Shown one piece after another: positions 33,741 through 46,982 of a stretch of 64,000 nucleotides of DNA. A program made the translations under genes and the position numbers. How positions within the stretch are numbered: the first letter of the stretch is position 1; every line of letters begins with the position of its first letter. The notes below the pieces were generated by a model, which saw only the letters and a program-made list of their open reading frames with translations, was not told where the DNA came from and did no database searches. Origin of the DNA: Perkinsus chesapeaki ATCC PRA-425 (lineage: Eukaryota > Protista > Perkinsozoa); assembly GCA_013115145.1 (NCBI GenBank), contig JAAPAO010000080.1:1-64000 (forward strand), written 5' to 3'.

Positions 33741-36007
33741 TCATGAGCTCGCCTGCTCCCTACCACCACTACTACCTTCCGACTCCGCGCTGCCATCCTT
33801 GGCCAGCCCCCAACCCTCCTGCTGGGGCGATCCAAACCGCACCGATAAAGCGCTTCGGCTCCCTCGTTTTAATACCTGGTGGCCCCATTTATGGCCGCAC
33901 ACAATGAGACTGTCCCACTTTTTTCCGCAATATCTCGGCGATGGTTGGCCGTGTCCTTGGATCGGGATCTAGAATCTTCTTCACGAGGCTCCTGGTGGAG
34001 GGACTCACATGCGGAGACATATACGACATCATCATGCTATAAACCTGGAGATGAGTTCCGTCACTGCGCCACAAAATTAGTGATCCTACCTCCGAAGGAG
34101 AGGACTTGTCCGTTACCATACTGAGACCAATATTGCAATCGAGCTCCCACATGAACCTGATCGGCATTGCCTCCGGTGCATTGAAATTGCTACTGAAGTA
34201 CTTTCCAGAGCACATTTCAAATAGAACACATCCCAGCCCCCACACATCCCCAGGCTTCCCACACTCCGCCGAGCACAGCATCTCCGGTGACATATAGCAA
34301 TCGGTACCTATCAGACCCGAATACCTGATGCACGATAACAACAAGGGGCATGCCTTACCAACTTGTACAGAGTCGCTGCTACTGGACACAGCAGAGGCGG
34401 CAGCTACTTTACGGTAGAAAGCCAGTGGTTTCTTGAGGGTCTTCTTGAGGCGTCCTCCTCCCCCACTCCCCCGGCTGCCCCTTTTCTCTATCTTATCGCG
34501 CTTGCAAAGGCCGAAGTCACCGAGCCTAACGTCACCGTTTTCAGTCAGGAAGACATTTTGTGACTTAATGTCTCGGTGTATGACATTCTGGGAATGGAGG
34601 TATTGCACAGCCTAAAAAGGAGACAATTTGCACAATCGGTCCCCGGACGATAAGCAGTCTACGACAGTATTACCTGACAGAGCTGCTTGAACCATTTAAG
34701 CACCATAGCCTCTGTCATATCATCAAAGTTGAGTTCGACTTGCTGCTTTACATCACCTAACCCATGCCCACCGTCTCTTCCACTACTCTCCTCCCCTTCA
34801 CCCTACTACCGTTGGAGCAGTACTCCATTAATATAAAGAAATACACCTTAACTCCCCACAGTGTGTGTTCAACGTGTATAAAGTCATCTATGTAGGATAC
34901 TATATACCTACAAACCACAGCTCAGCTTTGCTAATGACCTAGATGGACTGGCTTCACCTGTGGTGCAGTCTGACGAGCTCCTTGGCCTCTGATGAGAAGC
35001 TATCCGCCTCTGTTACATTCGAGACCTTCAAACCAGCAAAGGCTGTTCTACACAATCGCTGTCTCCCCTACCGCAATTTTCTTCGCGGCGAAGAGCTCTC
35101 GCTTGTCACTCGCCAGAGACAGCAAATACACTTCACCGTATCCTCCGCTTCCTGAAGCCATCGAAGCTTTTGTCCAGGCAACTGCAATGCTGCCTTACCA
35201 AGTCGCCTTCGAGCTTTATAGTGTCCGCTGCATAACCAGCATTTACACCTGAAGACAGCTATTGTCTCAGCCATCAGCAGCAGCCTGGTACTGTTTTCGG
35301 CAAAGCAGCTTCACCGAATAGGCACAGCCCATAAGGCTCATGCCAGTAACAAGCGCGATTGCAGCGATCTCCGCGGCCGTCAGAGATGGCCCTCCACGGT
35401 CTCCATGAAGGCCTTGGTCAGAACTAAAGGGGTACCCCCTGTGCCACAACAACAACGATGACTGCACTTCACCTCTGAGAAGCTGCTGTATGGCTCGGAG
35501 CTGCCCCTCCACACAGTGAGTTGCAGACAGAGTCCGCAAACTCAGGGCCTATGTCAACGGCAATGCGCCATAATCCACAGTGGCTACGTTACCCCATTGG
35601 AACCGCACATTAGCCGCCCCTGTACTGGGCATGGCCGACTGCTGCTGAGCACCACCAAACGGCTTTGCAACTGCCGATGGTACGCTGGCAGCACAACGGT
35701 AAGGTTGAGGTGCGGCTAGGACCGAGGGGGCGGAGGCCTAATAAATAAATCCAAGGGAGACAGTAACGCTTGTTTTCCAACCAGTATATCATCATCGCTC
35801 CGAGAGGAACGCTCTGCACTGACCAAGGCCACGGTAGACTGCAGGGCAGCCAGCGCGGCGAAGCCAATAGCAACGTGCCAGCGAAGACCGGTGGCCCACT
35901 GCGGCGGCCCAGGTAGCGTCACTACCGCTGGGTGGCTGGAGCGATTGATATCATGCATTAGAAATATAACTGCAGATCGTCTCCATATAGCAGCAACGCT
36001 GCTCATA
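33741..36007 (-). CDS. Ser/Thr protein kinase, NEK-like
   Basis: GSGGYGEVY, FAAKKI, YLHSQNVIHRDIKSQNVFLT, LGDFG, GTDCYMSPE, DVWGLGCVLFEM, RPTIAEIL. Kinase core ~33741-35150; the upstream extension to ~36007 is tentative. Confidence 0.8.
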
Positions 36008-36031
36008 CCAGTGGTGAAAAGTTGGACATGA

Positions 36032-37081
36032 TTAATAGTATGGGGCACCAAAAACACATTCCTCGTACTCGAGCTGTTCGGGGGACCGTCTCTCGTCAAC
36101 TCTATTGAACCGAGGATGAAACGGCGGCTTCAGCATCTCCTTGACAGCTTCGGGTAAATTCAAGGCCTCAACTTCGGTGGTATCAGTGTACCTACTCCAC
36201 ACCCTCCCATTGGCCTCTCCTTAGCATTACTACCCCCTTGCATAGGCACAGGTTGCCGGGGCGTACCGTAACAGAATTGTCCTTCTGGTGTGTGGTCCCA
36301 TCCACGGCAAAGTGCCATGCAGTAACGCTTCCGAGAACAACACTACATCGCCGGCCTTCATAGCTGGTTGAACCTATGAGGACTTAACTTCCCCATTGCC
36401 TATAGCCCTATTACGAGCATGTCCCGTATGGCTGGATCGACGGCATGACATATCTCAGGCGTTATGGGGAAGCTGGCTTTATGTGAGCCAGGAAGGGCTA
36501 CGAAGCCTCCTGCACCTTGGGGCATATCAGTGATAGCAAATGATACTGTTATTAGACTGCATCTTATAGAGGTATTATCAACCGACCTACAACAATAATA
36601 ATACCATACTTTGCCCAACAATATCGTAACTATTAACCCATGCTGGTCTATAATAACACTGTCCGCTCACGAACCGACAGTATAGTAGAGAGGAGGCTCC
36701 AAAGGCAAGAAGGAACAGCCTTTGATGAATATACTAAACCATTTCACCGACACCCCTCAGGAGAGTAATAACTTCAATTTGGACGGCCGCTGAATGATAT
36801 TGAAGTTAAGCTTCTCGAAGGGAAGTTGAGTAAATTGAATTCGCTACATATCATAATAATAGAGCTAGTATTCGGTAAATCAAGTAAACGCTTAATGCGA
36901 CCTTATAGACCGTTGCCTTACGTATATTGGACAGGATGGTTGATATCACCACAAGGTAATAACCGTCCACCGTGAAGATCGAAGCCTTCCCCTCCAGCAC
37001 ACTGCTGGAAAGCAAGCGGTCGATGATCAAGCCGAAATCCCTGCACTCGTAAGATACCCATAATCTTCGCAACGGTAGCAC
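36032..37081 (-). CDS. phytanoyl-CoA dioxygenase (PhyH) family Fe(II)/2OG oxygenase
   Basis: VSFAITDMPQGAGGFVALPGSHKASF, KAGDVVLFSEALLHGTLPW and C-terminal LKPPFHPRF. 5' exons uncertain. Confidence 0.75.
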
Positions 37082-37876
37082 CTCACCACACAGCTGTTCT
37101 ATAACATCGATTAGCCGTGGATGCTGTAAGAGTGCGGTGCAAAATTGTGGCCACTCTTGAGTCCAAACCTAAAGGACTCGGCGAACCAACGATAGCCCGG
37201 ACTGTGAGCAACCTGCAAGATTTTGCCATAGTCTGATCGACCAGAATCCCCTTTGAAAAAATCACTATGTGCTGTGGTGACAGCCGTGCCGCGTGTAACG
37301 AAATGAGACGAGTATCTAATACCACTAGGGTACTTCAATGATAACACTTCTTGCCTACTTATCAAACAAACCATTTACCTTGAATATTTGGTCGTCGGAT
37401 AATATATTGCGAAGCACTATGAACCCACAGCTATCAAAGATCATCCGCTCCGTGACGGAGAGTCCACCTGGGGGAGCCACCGGTACCATTCCTTGGATTA
37501 CAACTAGTACTGCGGCCAACTAGCCCATAACGCAACCGGATCTATTTATTGATAGTAGTTGTTAAAACCTGGTATAGGGATATCAGCCATAGGCCGAAAT
37601 GGTGGGAAAAATAAGGTATAAAGGTTACCTTGAAATGCATGCTGCAACGCATAAGACCATGGTTACTAGCCGTTTAACAATCAGAAAATTACAACCAGGA
37701 GAGAACCTGTATAACCGTTGCTAGGATCCTACACCGTAAATCATAAATGGCAATGTTACTGACACGTCCAAACGTGTCGAAATAAACCCATGGGAAATAG
37801 TGATACGCCGATGCCATTACTGTTACTTATAGTAACCGAGGACTACAACAAATAGACCTAGATCGGGACGCTATAA

Positions 37877-38584
37877 CTATGCAGCGGGCTTATCAACAAC
37901 CGCATTGTTGTATTGCATACTTGAAAATAGCCTCAGGCATTGAAGCAGATCTTGTATGTCATCATTTGTACTTCCAGAAGTCGTTGATGGTGTACTGAAG
38001 CCTCCTTCAAACTTGCTGCTTGTTGAGTCGTCTTGAACCACTGGTGCAGAGTTCCTTCGACGACCTTCGATGGGACCTTGAACGCCTCCCTTGCGGGGCG
38101 GCGGAAGGGCTGAGGATGTAGGAGGGTTTGGAAGAAGTCCGAGATTTGTGGAACCTCGGCCTGACGATAAGATTCGATACTGGTTTTCAAAATATGCCGA
38201 GTAGGGGTCGCTGGTTTGCCCGACAGCATTGCTTGGCGTAATATTAGCATCATAAGCATCAATAAAAGTATCCTTAGTGCCAACAGCCAATCTGAGCTCA
38301 TCTAAGGTGTGAGCAAATGAGCATTTAGGATTGGAGCAACCGGGTTTAATGCATAATTTGGTTTTGGTAAGGTCCGGCTTCATGTTAAGCTCGTCTACTG
38401 AATGAGCAAAGGCGCACAACGGACCATGTAAGCAGCGGCCTCTAATGTAATATTTGCAGACTTGGGTCTTGTACATACGTTTCTTGATACCAGACCACTC
38501 CTTGGAGACATCAGCCAGGCCAACCTCGGTATCATCGAAAGTACCACAGGAACCTCCATATGATGGACTCATGGTGTGAGACAT
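37877..38584 (-). CDS. tandem CCCH zinc-finger RNA-binding protein (intronless)
   Basis: YKTQVCKYYIRGRCLHGPLCAFAH and TKTKLCIKPGCSNPKCSFAH. Likely start MSHTMSP; the ORF stays open upstream to 38971. Confidence 0.85.
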   Translation of the reverse strand: MSHTMSPSYGGSCGTFDDTEVGLADVSKEWSGIKKRMYKTQVCKYYIRGRCLHGPLCAFAHSVDELNMKPDLTKTKLCIKPGCSNPKCSFAHTLDELRLAVGTKDTFIDAYDANITPSNAVGQTSDPYSAYFENQYRILSSGRGSTNLGLLPNPPTSSALPPPRKGGVQGPIEGRRRNSAPVVQDDSTSSKFEGGFSTPSTTSGSTNDDIQDLLQCLRLFSSMQYNNAVVDKPAA

Positions 38585-40511
38585 AATGGTGGATTGAAAA
38601 TTAGGCTGTGACCCCGCCTCAGACTGTGACACGGTTACGGTCACGTCTAGTGGCGACGGCGCACAAGTGTGCGCGTGTAATCTCCACCGGCAGCCGATCA
38701 CAAGCACAGTCTTGGAATAAAGATGATACACCGGGCCACCCTTTCTACTGTATAGGGTAGAATGCGCGAATGAAATATGGGCGATAGCCCTTTGATGACC
38801 AATTTTCATGTACCGTGACGGCGCTGGGAGAGCTGTCTCGTCTCCACTAAACCGGAAGCCGCTGGTTTTTGAAGGAACAGGTATGACCATGATTTCGCCT
38901 ATCCGCTGCGCGAAAACATTGGCGGTCAGGAAGTACCACGTATGAAACACAGAGGTAAGGTTAAATACCAAGAGATTTAGAAAAATGAGGGTTTTTTGGG
39001 GAACATATCGCCACCAGATTCACGAGGGATCCCCCTAGCCGGTGGATACAGCGCGGATGGCTCAGTGATCCTTCTTAATTTACCCTGGGCCGATAAACTC
39101 GCTGACTACAGTAGCACTTAGTGACGTACTGAAGTCCTTAGAGAAGTATCTGCCAGGCCTGATCTGAAGACTGCGTATTTACCCAAATCTCTTGGCCCTT
39201 GATCGCACGTTCGTTTGTGATATTGTGAGCGATTCGGACTGCGTGCGTTAATTTTCTCGCGCGCCATATCGTTCATCAGCGGAGCCGCACAATCCCACGT
39301 CCGGCCCCACTTAGGAAAATTAATACTCAATAGGACACAATTTGACGATAAGTGACGCCCAGAGACCGATGTCACAAGCGTCCTAATTAAGGACTGAAAT
39401 GATAAGGCAATTTCAGAATAGATCGCGTTCATTAGGGGCCCTCCCCTTGTGGGTTTGGCTAGGATGTTGAGACATTAGGAACTGAAACTAAAGATGTACA
39501 GGAGGAGACGACTCACTACGTTGCGCCGAACAGTTGCTGGTTCGAAACTCGGTGAATTTGTTTTTAAACGATTTTTTTGCGTTGCAGAAAAACATTGATT
39601 AGAAGCGCTTTATGCGAAGTTTGGACTCCCCTAAAAGCCGGCGTAATATCCTGCTTTCGCAAGCTCTGGGGTGAGCGGTTGCATGCCATACCTAATAGAA
39701 TCAGCCGTCTAGTAACACAGTGTATGGAGGAGTCCACCGTTGACCTCGTTGATAAGGCCACTGAGCCAACAGCAGCCTTTTAGTCAGTCGATAAACGGGA
39801 TGGCGGGGACTCCTCTACGACAACAGATGACAAATTACTGCCGTGTGGACCTTTTGCTTGTTATATACCCTCTTTTTGGCTGTTGGCTGCTTCGACCACC
39901 TGTTGAGTACATTACCTCTTTACAGGCTAGCTCCGTGACCTATCCCCATGTCATTGATCAATTGGGCTGCAGTGCGCTCAGAAGGCATTACCGTTCCCTA
40001 TTGAAACATATATCGATTTCTTCCAGCTCTCTATAGAGAACTTCTTTTGTTGTAGTTAACTCTATTCTGGATTTACTTGGTCATATTGCAAATTAATCTA
40101 GTTACATTCGTAAATTATTATTGATGAATTTCAAATCAATTTCTACAATCAACAACAATCGTTGTAATATCCTCTCTCCAAATCGTTCCCAGTATTATCG
40201 ACGGCTTCCAAAAGGGTATCTCGTAATCTCATTCTACCGTCACGAGCTACCCCCCAACTGGTACCAAATCGCTCAGCTGTCATAGGACATGTCCTGCCCT
40301 CGACAACCACAACAACCACTAATTACCTTTATATATCATCAACCCCGTAGAAGGTAGCGTGAAGTTACATAGAGGAAAGTACAGTAGTTGAACGGCTGCC
40401 AGGCGGCGCTAATAATTGTCGATGACTAGCACGGAGGGGGTGCTACATACGCCCTGGCGTAGTAATAATAGGTGTAGTATTGCCGTTGTAAGTTTTATAG
40501 TGTTTCATATT

Positions 40512-41198
40512 ATGTCTGATCCCTCATCCACAGCAACACCAGCTGCTGCTTCGCCCTCCTCAGCTGAGCAGCCGCCTGATCGTGTGTCCCCTCCCCCTAC
40601 CAAAATGGACGATACAATCGACATTTTCCTGCGCCCCGAGTACCGTCATTTGACGTTCGTTAATAAGGAACAGGCCGAATATACCAACCTGTCCTACTGG
40701 CAGCGGATCAAGATGAACCCGCAAGTCATCTTCGAGTCCTGCCTAGGTCGTGCCGTGTCCTCCTACGTCATGGGCGGTGCTCTCGGGCTCCTCATGGGCG
40801 GCTTCTTTCACACAATGCAGCCTATCGATGTCGATACTACTCTGCCGTTCCGTCAGCAGGTTCGTCAGGCATATAAAGGATTTGGGGAGGCATCAGTGTC
40901 GATGGCTAAGGGATTCGCAGTGGTAGTATTCGGGGGAGGCTGGCTTCGCATTTAACTTTTCGATTGACGTCTTTTTTAGTGTGGCGCCGTTTATTCCGGG
41001 GTTGATTGTTTCGTGGAACGTGCCAGAGGGTCTCACGATCTTAATAATTCTATTTATGCTGGTTGCCTAACAGGCGCCGCTCTGGCCTACAAGGGAGGCC
41101 CTCAAGCCATGGCTATGGGCTGCGCTGGCTTTGCAGCCTTCTCCATTGTGATAGACTCCTTTATGTCCACTGGTGACAAAGATGTGCATAAATGGTAA
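40512..41198 (+). CDS. TIM22: mitochondrial inner membrane translocase TIM22 (Tim17/22/23 family)
   Basis: [24 protein letters not shown]...KGFAV|[55 protein letters not shown]. Intron 40923-40979. Confidence 0.88.
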
Positions 41199-41602
41199 TG
41201 TACAGTTGTTGTTGTTATTCTTCACACACTGCTATTGTTTCTGTGCAATATTACTGACACCACCTCTAGTAACAGCAGCATTGTTTCTCCTTATCACTTT
41301 ATCAGGATTGTTGAGTTAAGCCATCAATGATGGCCCATCATTTACTCTTACACAACATATTAATAATATCACAACGACGACAACATTCGTAAATGGTCAA
41401 ATTCCGATGATAACGATAAACATGTTAACGACGATTCATGATTACGATTAGGGAAAGGCTGCTTCTTCGATCTTACCACCGTTCCGGGACACCATCCCTG
41501 CGGGGACCAGATAATCTGAGGCCGGGAAAATACGGCGCGGATCGGTGCCGCCTGTATTACGATTGATCAGAATCACTACTAAGTCGACGATTATGTCCAT
41601 GA

Positions 41603-43331
41603 CTACAAGGAGGCCCACTGGGCTTCACCGACACGGGAACGGATACTGGGGCGAAACGGGCACCCTGACAGAAGGACAGGATGCGACAGACAGGACTTCA
41701 GGGGCTTACCACACATAATTCGGAAATCAACTGTCGACGGTTTGCTGCTTTCTGTCGTGAAGCTCGAAGAGATTTGCGGCTCTGGGCCGGAAAGATTCAT
41801 TTGAGGTTGATATACAACTCATTACCTTGGCCTCCTTTGTCATCTGGAATTCTTTTGCTATATCCATGGCTTGGTCAAAACAGCCACATATGTGTGACAT
41901 TTCCAACAGTTGTGGTACTGTCGCATTTTTAAGCCGCGCTATTGTATTGCACATCTTAAATAAATACTACACAGAGCCGTCATTGTTCCTACACACCTGT
42001 CGTAGTCTTTGATCTTCCCTGAAGCAATCGGATATAATTGCCTTCAAACGGGCTCGTCCAGCTTCTCCTAAGCGGACCTTAGCCTCCCCTGCTCCTGCTA
42101 CTGCGGCTCGAGATGAGGCGCTTGTCCCCTATATCCAATCGATGACCGATTCCCAGTGCCTTAAATTGCTTCTTACCTCGTTCGCATCGCTGCAGGGCGT
42201 CGAATTGGTTCTGAGTGGTAGTCTCAGAGGAGCCTGTTGATGGAGCATAGATGAATCAAGTACGGCAAGGCATACCTTAGACTTCGCCCGCGATTCGAAT
42301 GCTTTCAAGTCGTCGATGAATTCGTCCAATTCGCTTGGCAATTGTGACGTTTCCTCTTCATCTCGGTGAACTAAGGGAACGGTGAGGTAGTGAAGCGGTG
42401 CTTAGGGTGGTGCAACAAGGGTACCAGGGAATCCCAGTGGATTCTCTATGCCAGCTGTGCGGCGTGGGGATTCATGTCGAATAGCTAAGAGACTTGTGAT
42501 GACGGGAGAGGCGTCTCTCTTACACAGGGAAGGGAAAAGGTTACCCCACTGGTGGCTCAAAGGGCTTCCTGCTGAGAAAACTTCGTCAAGGGCCGAGCTC
42601 CGCGGGGTAGAGAGGGACAGAGGGACCTATTCAAATCTCACCGTAAACCTCACCGATGATCATCGCCCACCTCCCCGACTTCGGGGAATAACGCCAAACG
42701 AAGGTAGCTGGAGCTGTCCAGCTCATGGCCGGACATCGACGAAGAGGAAGCAGTAACAGTTCTGGTGGAACTCGGGCTGCAAAACGTGTCGTTTCCAGGG
42801 GACGTTCGCTGTCTTTTCGTATCTAGTTCGAGGCCACGGTGCCGAATGGTCGATAGAGCACGCGTTACTTGGTTCCCCTAGTGGGCAGGCGCTCGATTGG
42901 GATGTGGCGCTCGATGTATCTAATAAGGAGATAGATCGAATTAGTGTCCAGGATAGCAAGCAGAAGTAGGGAATAAACTTGTCATGACCGGGGATCGACC
43001 CATAGACCTCTAACGAGACAGCCGTAACCCCTAACCATGTCCCCACGCAATCCCTTGCGTGCGCACGTACTTTGAGTTGACTGTAGTGTAGCCAATGCGG
43101 ACAGTATAGCGGTTGGCCTAAAATCCACAGAGCTCTGCAACAAAACTTTAAAGGCCTTACCGGGATGGCTCCATTCGGCTGAGTAGCGATTCTATGGGCA
43201 CTTGTGACATTCCAAGGACAATCACCACTTGCTGTTTTTGAGCCGTCAAACGCGCTCGTCCCAATAATCGGTACGAACGCCCCTCCTCCTTCACCAGCGT
43301 AGTGGTCGTGATGCTGCTGAGCAGTGTTCAC
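41603..43331 (-). CDS. hypothetical multi-exon gene(s)
   Basis: Several minus-strand ORFs flanked by splice-like signals. No motif recognised. Confidence 0.25.
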
Positions 43332-43402
43332 ACCGATGGACGCGGTTTTGTTAGACTGTTAGTTTACTTTGGGGCGGTGCCCTTTTCTTTTTATCACTCT
43401 GA

Positions 43403-46335
43403 ATGAGCGGCGGCGGCCCCCAGCCGCCTTTTAACAGGCAATTCTCGGCGTCATCGACAACTGGGACGGACAATGTCACACAACAACAGCAGGAGGCACC
43501 AGACCAACAACAACCACCACGAGATAACCTCAATCGGTCTATATCACAGCAAATGAATACCAACAGCCAACAGCAGCAACAACAACAACCTGGGTGCTAC
43601 TATCCCCCGCCTCCACCGCAGGGTTTTACTGGTAGCTCCGACATTGGGGTAGGATATCCAGCCACTCCCGGTGGTGTCTATGCTATGCCTACTAATAGTG
43701 GAGGGCATTTCATAATGGCACCTTACCCTATGGGAGCCTATGGACCTGGGAATGGTATGATGGCCGGCGGCCAGGTGATGGGAAACATGTTGCCTAATAA
43801 TGCTGGACAACAACAACAACAGCAACAAGGTGGAGGAGGACGTGGATTCCGTCCTAGGGGAGGGATGCAACAACAACAGCAACAGAGTAGTATAGGGGGT
43901 AGCAGCTCAGGGCTGACTGCAGTTGGGCGGTGGTGTCAGGATCGCATCATAGGCGGGGCGGGGCTGGTGGTACTAACAACAGGCAATTAGTACACTTTGA
44001 TGAAGGCTTGGCTGCCACAGAGGAAGTGGATCGTGCTATTGTAGCGGCCCTAAAGCAGCCCCAACATAGACGTCTTCTGCTTGAAGTGGAACCAGCCATA
44101 CGGAGGATGGTGAGCCTGCGTACTGTTGATGATGAGAGTAACTGAGCCTAACGGCAGATCACTGATACCGACTCCGAGCGTCTCAAGCTGACAAATCCTT
44201 TGGGAAAGTACCAGAGGATGCTCATCCACAAACTCGGTGACTACTTCAGGTGAGCTCTTTTGATGCCCCCAGATGCTCATTGTTGTTTTTGACTCAGGAT
44301 GGACCGTGAAGTTGACTACTCTAATGGATCGGATATGAGCACTGTGACGTTAGTACGCACCCAGCACACCCATGTGCCTAATACGATCCTGGAAGAGCTA
44401 TGCCGTAGCGCCATGGAACTGGCGGAGATGGAGGAAAGCGGAAAGCCGTGGCCGTTCGTAACTAGGCAACATCATCAACAACAAGAAGCAGAGGAGGCAA
44501 GCGAACAGCAGCAGGTCACGGCTCACTCGGATGAAGGGGCCCAGTGTGAGGTACGGTATTCGGCTTTGTTCCTGTGTGATGGGATTCTCAGGGCGGCGTA
44601 GACTCGAGCGGCGATAACCAAGTTGGTGAAGGCGGCGGCCGCGGCACTTGCAGTGAGGGAGATGCTTATGGCGGTGAAGCTAGGGGTGCTAGCTTGGTGA
44701 GAGAAGGGAAGTCCACAACAGAGACGTCGGCAAAGCGTGGACATGGGTTAAAGATTTTACGCCGAGGCCCGGGGTCAAAGAACAGGAATGTCCGGCCAAG
44801 CAGGGCGACTGACGAATCCTCGAGTGATGAGGGCGGGAAGCACTCGGAGGCGATTCTTTTACATAACCTGCCGGTAAGATACGCGAAAGGTTGATTGAGG
44901 TACCTTGTCTCTTAGGTTGATCAACGCGAAGAACATTACAACAAGATACGTGCCCAGATATTCGAGAAGGAGGACAGCACTCCGTTGCCGAGCGGCAACC
45001 AGGACGCCGGTGTCGCCACGTCATCGATGCATGACGGTGGCCGAAAGCACATCCCTAAGGGAACCGATCTGGACGATCCGGAGTACCATATCCGTAGCGA
45101 GCCTCGTGGCGACTTTAATTATCCTTATTAGTTACAACCGGCAAGCAGTGTCAATTATATCACAGCTTGGTCGAGTGCAGCAGGCTCCACCCACGATGCT
45201 TACTGATCCGGCAGCTTATAATGCAGCCTTCCCAGCACTTGGTGGTGCAGGAGGAGGAGGGGGGCTCGGAGTACTGCCACCACCGCAACAAGATGAAGAT
45301 AGAAGACGAGATGTTCGAAGAGGAGGAGGAGGAGGCAAGAAGCAACAACAACAATATAGGCAACAACAGCAGCAGCAACAGCAGCAGCAGGTTAAGCCGT
45401 ACAGTGGTAGTGCGCCACCGCCGATGTCACCTTATTCCCATGGTATGCTTCCACCGTCTATGGTGCCTATGCAGCATGGTGGAGGGGCAGGCGGCGGTGA
45501 CTCTAGTGGGGGCGGCGCGAGCTCTCATGGTTCTAATGCTGATGCAGCTACGATCGCAGCCTTCCAGCAAGGCTATATTGCGGCCACTATGGCAGCAGCA
45601 GCGGCGGCCCAGCAACAGGGGGTTGTGTGGAACCCGATGCAGGGCGCTGCTGCTGCGGCGGCGGCGGTGCAGTTCCAATACCAACAACAGGAAGGAGGAG
45701 GGGGCAGTCTGTTGCCTAATCCCGGAGGGGGTACTCCTCCTAAATTCCCCGGCTACTTTCAAGGTGGCATGCTGCCACAGCAACAGATGGAGAGCGGCCC
45801 GTGGGGATCTAATACGGCAGGATCGCCTAGGAGGGGTGCTAGAGGCAGTGCCAACAACAACACTAGGCACGGCAGTTTTCATGGTGGGCATAGAGGGAGA
45901 GGCAGTGGTGGTGCCAGCTCCCACGGGTCAGCAGCAGGAGGAGGCAAGAAGGCTTTTAATGAAGGTGCTAGGAACGTGACAGGGCAGCAGCAGCAGCAGC
46001 ACCTGGCTGGTGGGCAGCACGGCAATGACCAGCAACGCCAGACTAGACAGCAGCAGCAGCAGCAGCAGCGGCTCAACGGCTTGGGATCCTCCCAAGGTAG
46101 TGATTTGGGACCATACGAGGATCCAACAGCTGGGCCAACGACGACGACGGCCACACACCAAGCAATGGCTTATGGTCAGTTCGGTGTTGGCAACAATAGG
46201 GGGGCCATACAGCAGCAAGTGCATCAGCAGCAGCAGGCTACCAATGTAGCTGCTGCCGAAAAGGCCGATGTCAATACAGCTGCTGCTGGGGAATCAACAG
46301 CGACCACCGCTGCCGATAACAAATGCAACAACTAG
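43403..46335 (+). CDS. R3H and SUZ domain RNA-binding protein with Q/G-rich low-complexity regions
   Basis: R3H-like LTNPLGKYQRMLIHKLGDYF (~44185-44250) and SUZ-like LKILRR...DQREEHYNKIRAQIFEK (~44745-44980). Long Gln/Gly/Ala-rich tail. Confidence 0.75.
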
Positions 46336-46723
46336 TATACGGTGGGGGAAGGACGGGGGCGATGATGCAATGACGGTGGACACGAAGGTTTTTCTATCTC
46401 CCTCCTGCTCCCTCGGGACAATGTAGCCTTTTGTCCATGAGGCTGCTGCAGAGGAGTGTATCTGAGGCTGCAGGTGATAGCTTCTTCTTCCGCCTGTTAT
46501 TGCCGACCACCCCTATTTCCCCGTCCACCCTCATCAGCTACTTCAGTGGTTGCTGTTGCTGTTGTTGTTGGCATTGTCATCTTCTTGAACAGTAAATATG
46601 TACTATAGGCTAGTTAATAGTTAACAATCCCCTCCGCCTCCGCCCCTCTCCGTCTCCATCATCTCACCTGCCTCTGATGCAGATCCTGTTGCGGGTATGA
46701 TGATGTGCATACGGTTCTTCGAC

Positions 46724-46838
46724 GATGCTGCTGCTACTACTACTACTGGTACTGATGCTGCTGCTACTACTGGTACTGATGCTGCTGCTACTACTGATGA
46801 TTATAATGATGCTGCTGGTACTGGTGGTGGTGGTGGTG
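46724..46838. repeat. compound trinucleotide minisatellite
   Basis: About three copies of gatgctgctgctactact(ggtact) followed by (ggt)n. Confidence 0.8.
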
Positions 46839-46982
46839 TTTGAGACATATAATTGCACCATCCCTTCCGCCGCCTCCGCCCCATTGATATTATTAACCAA
46901 CTTATCCCTTAACTCTGTTACTAGTGTTCTCTTGTCAATACCACAAAGTAATCGCTCGTGCTGCCATCGCTGTAGACAGCAG

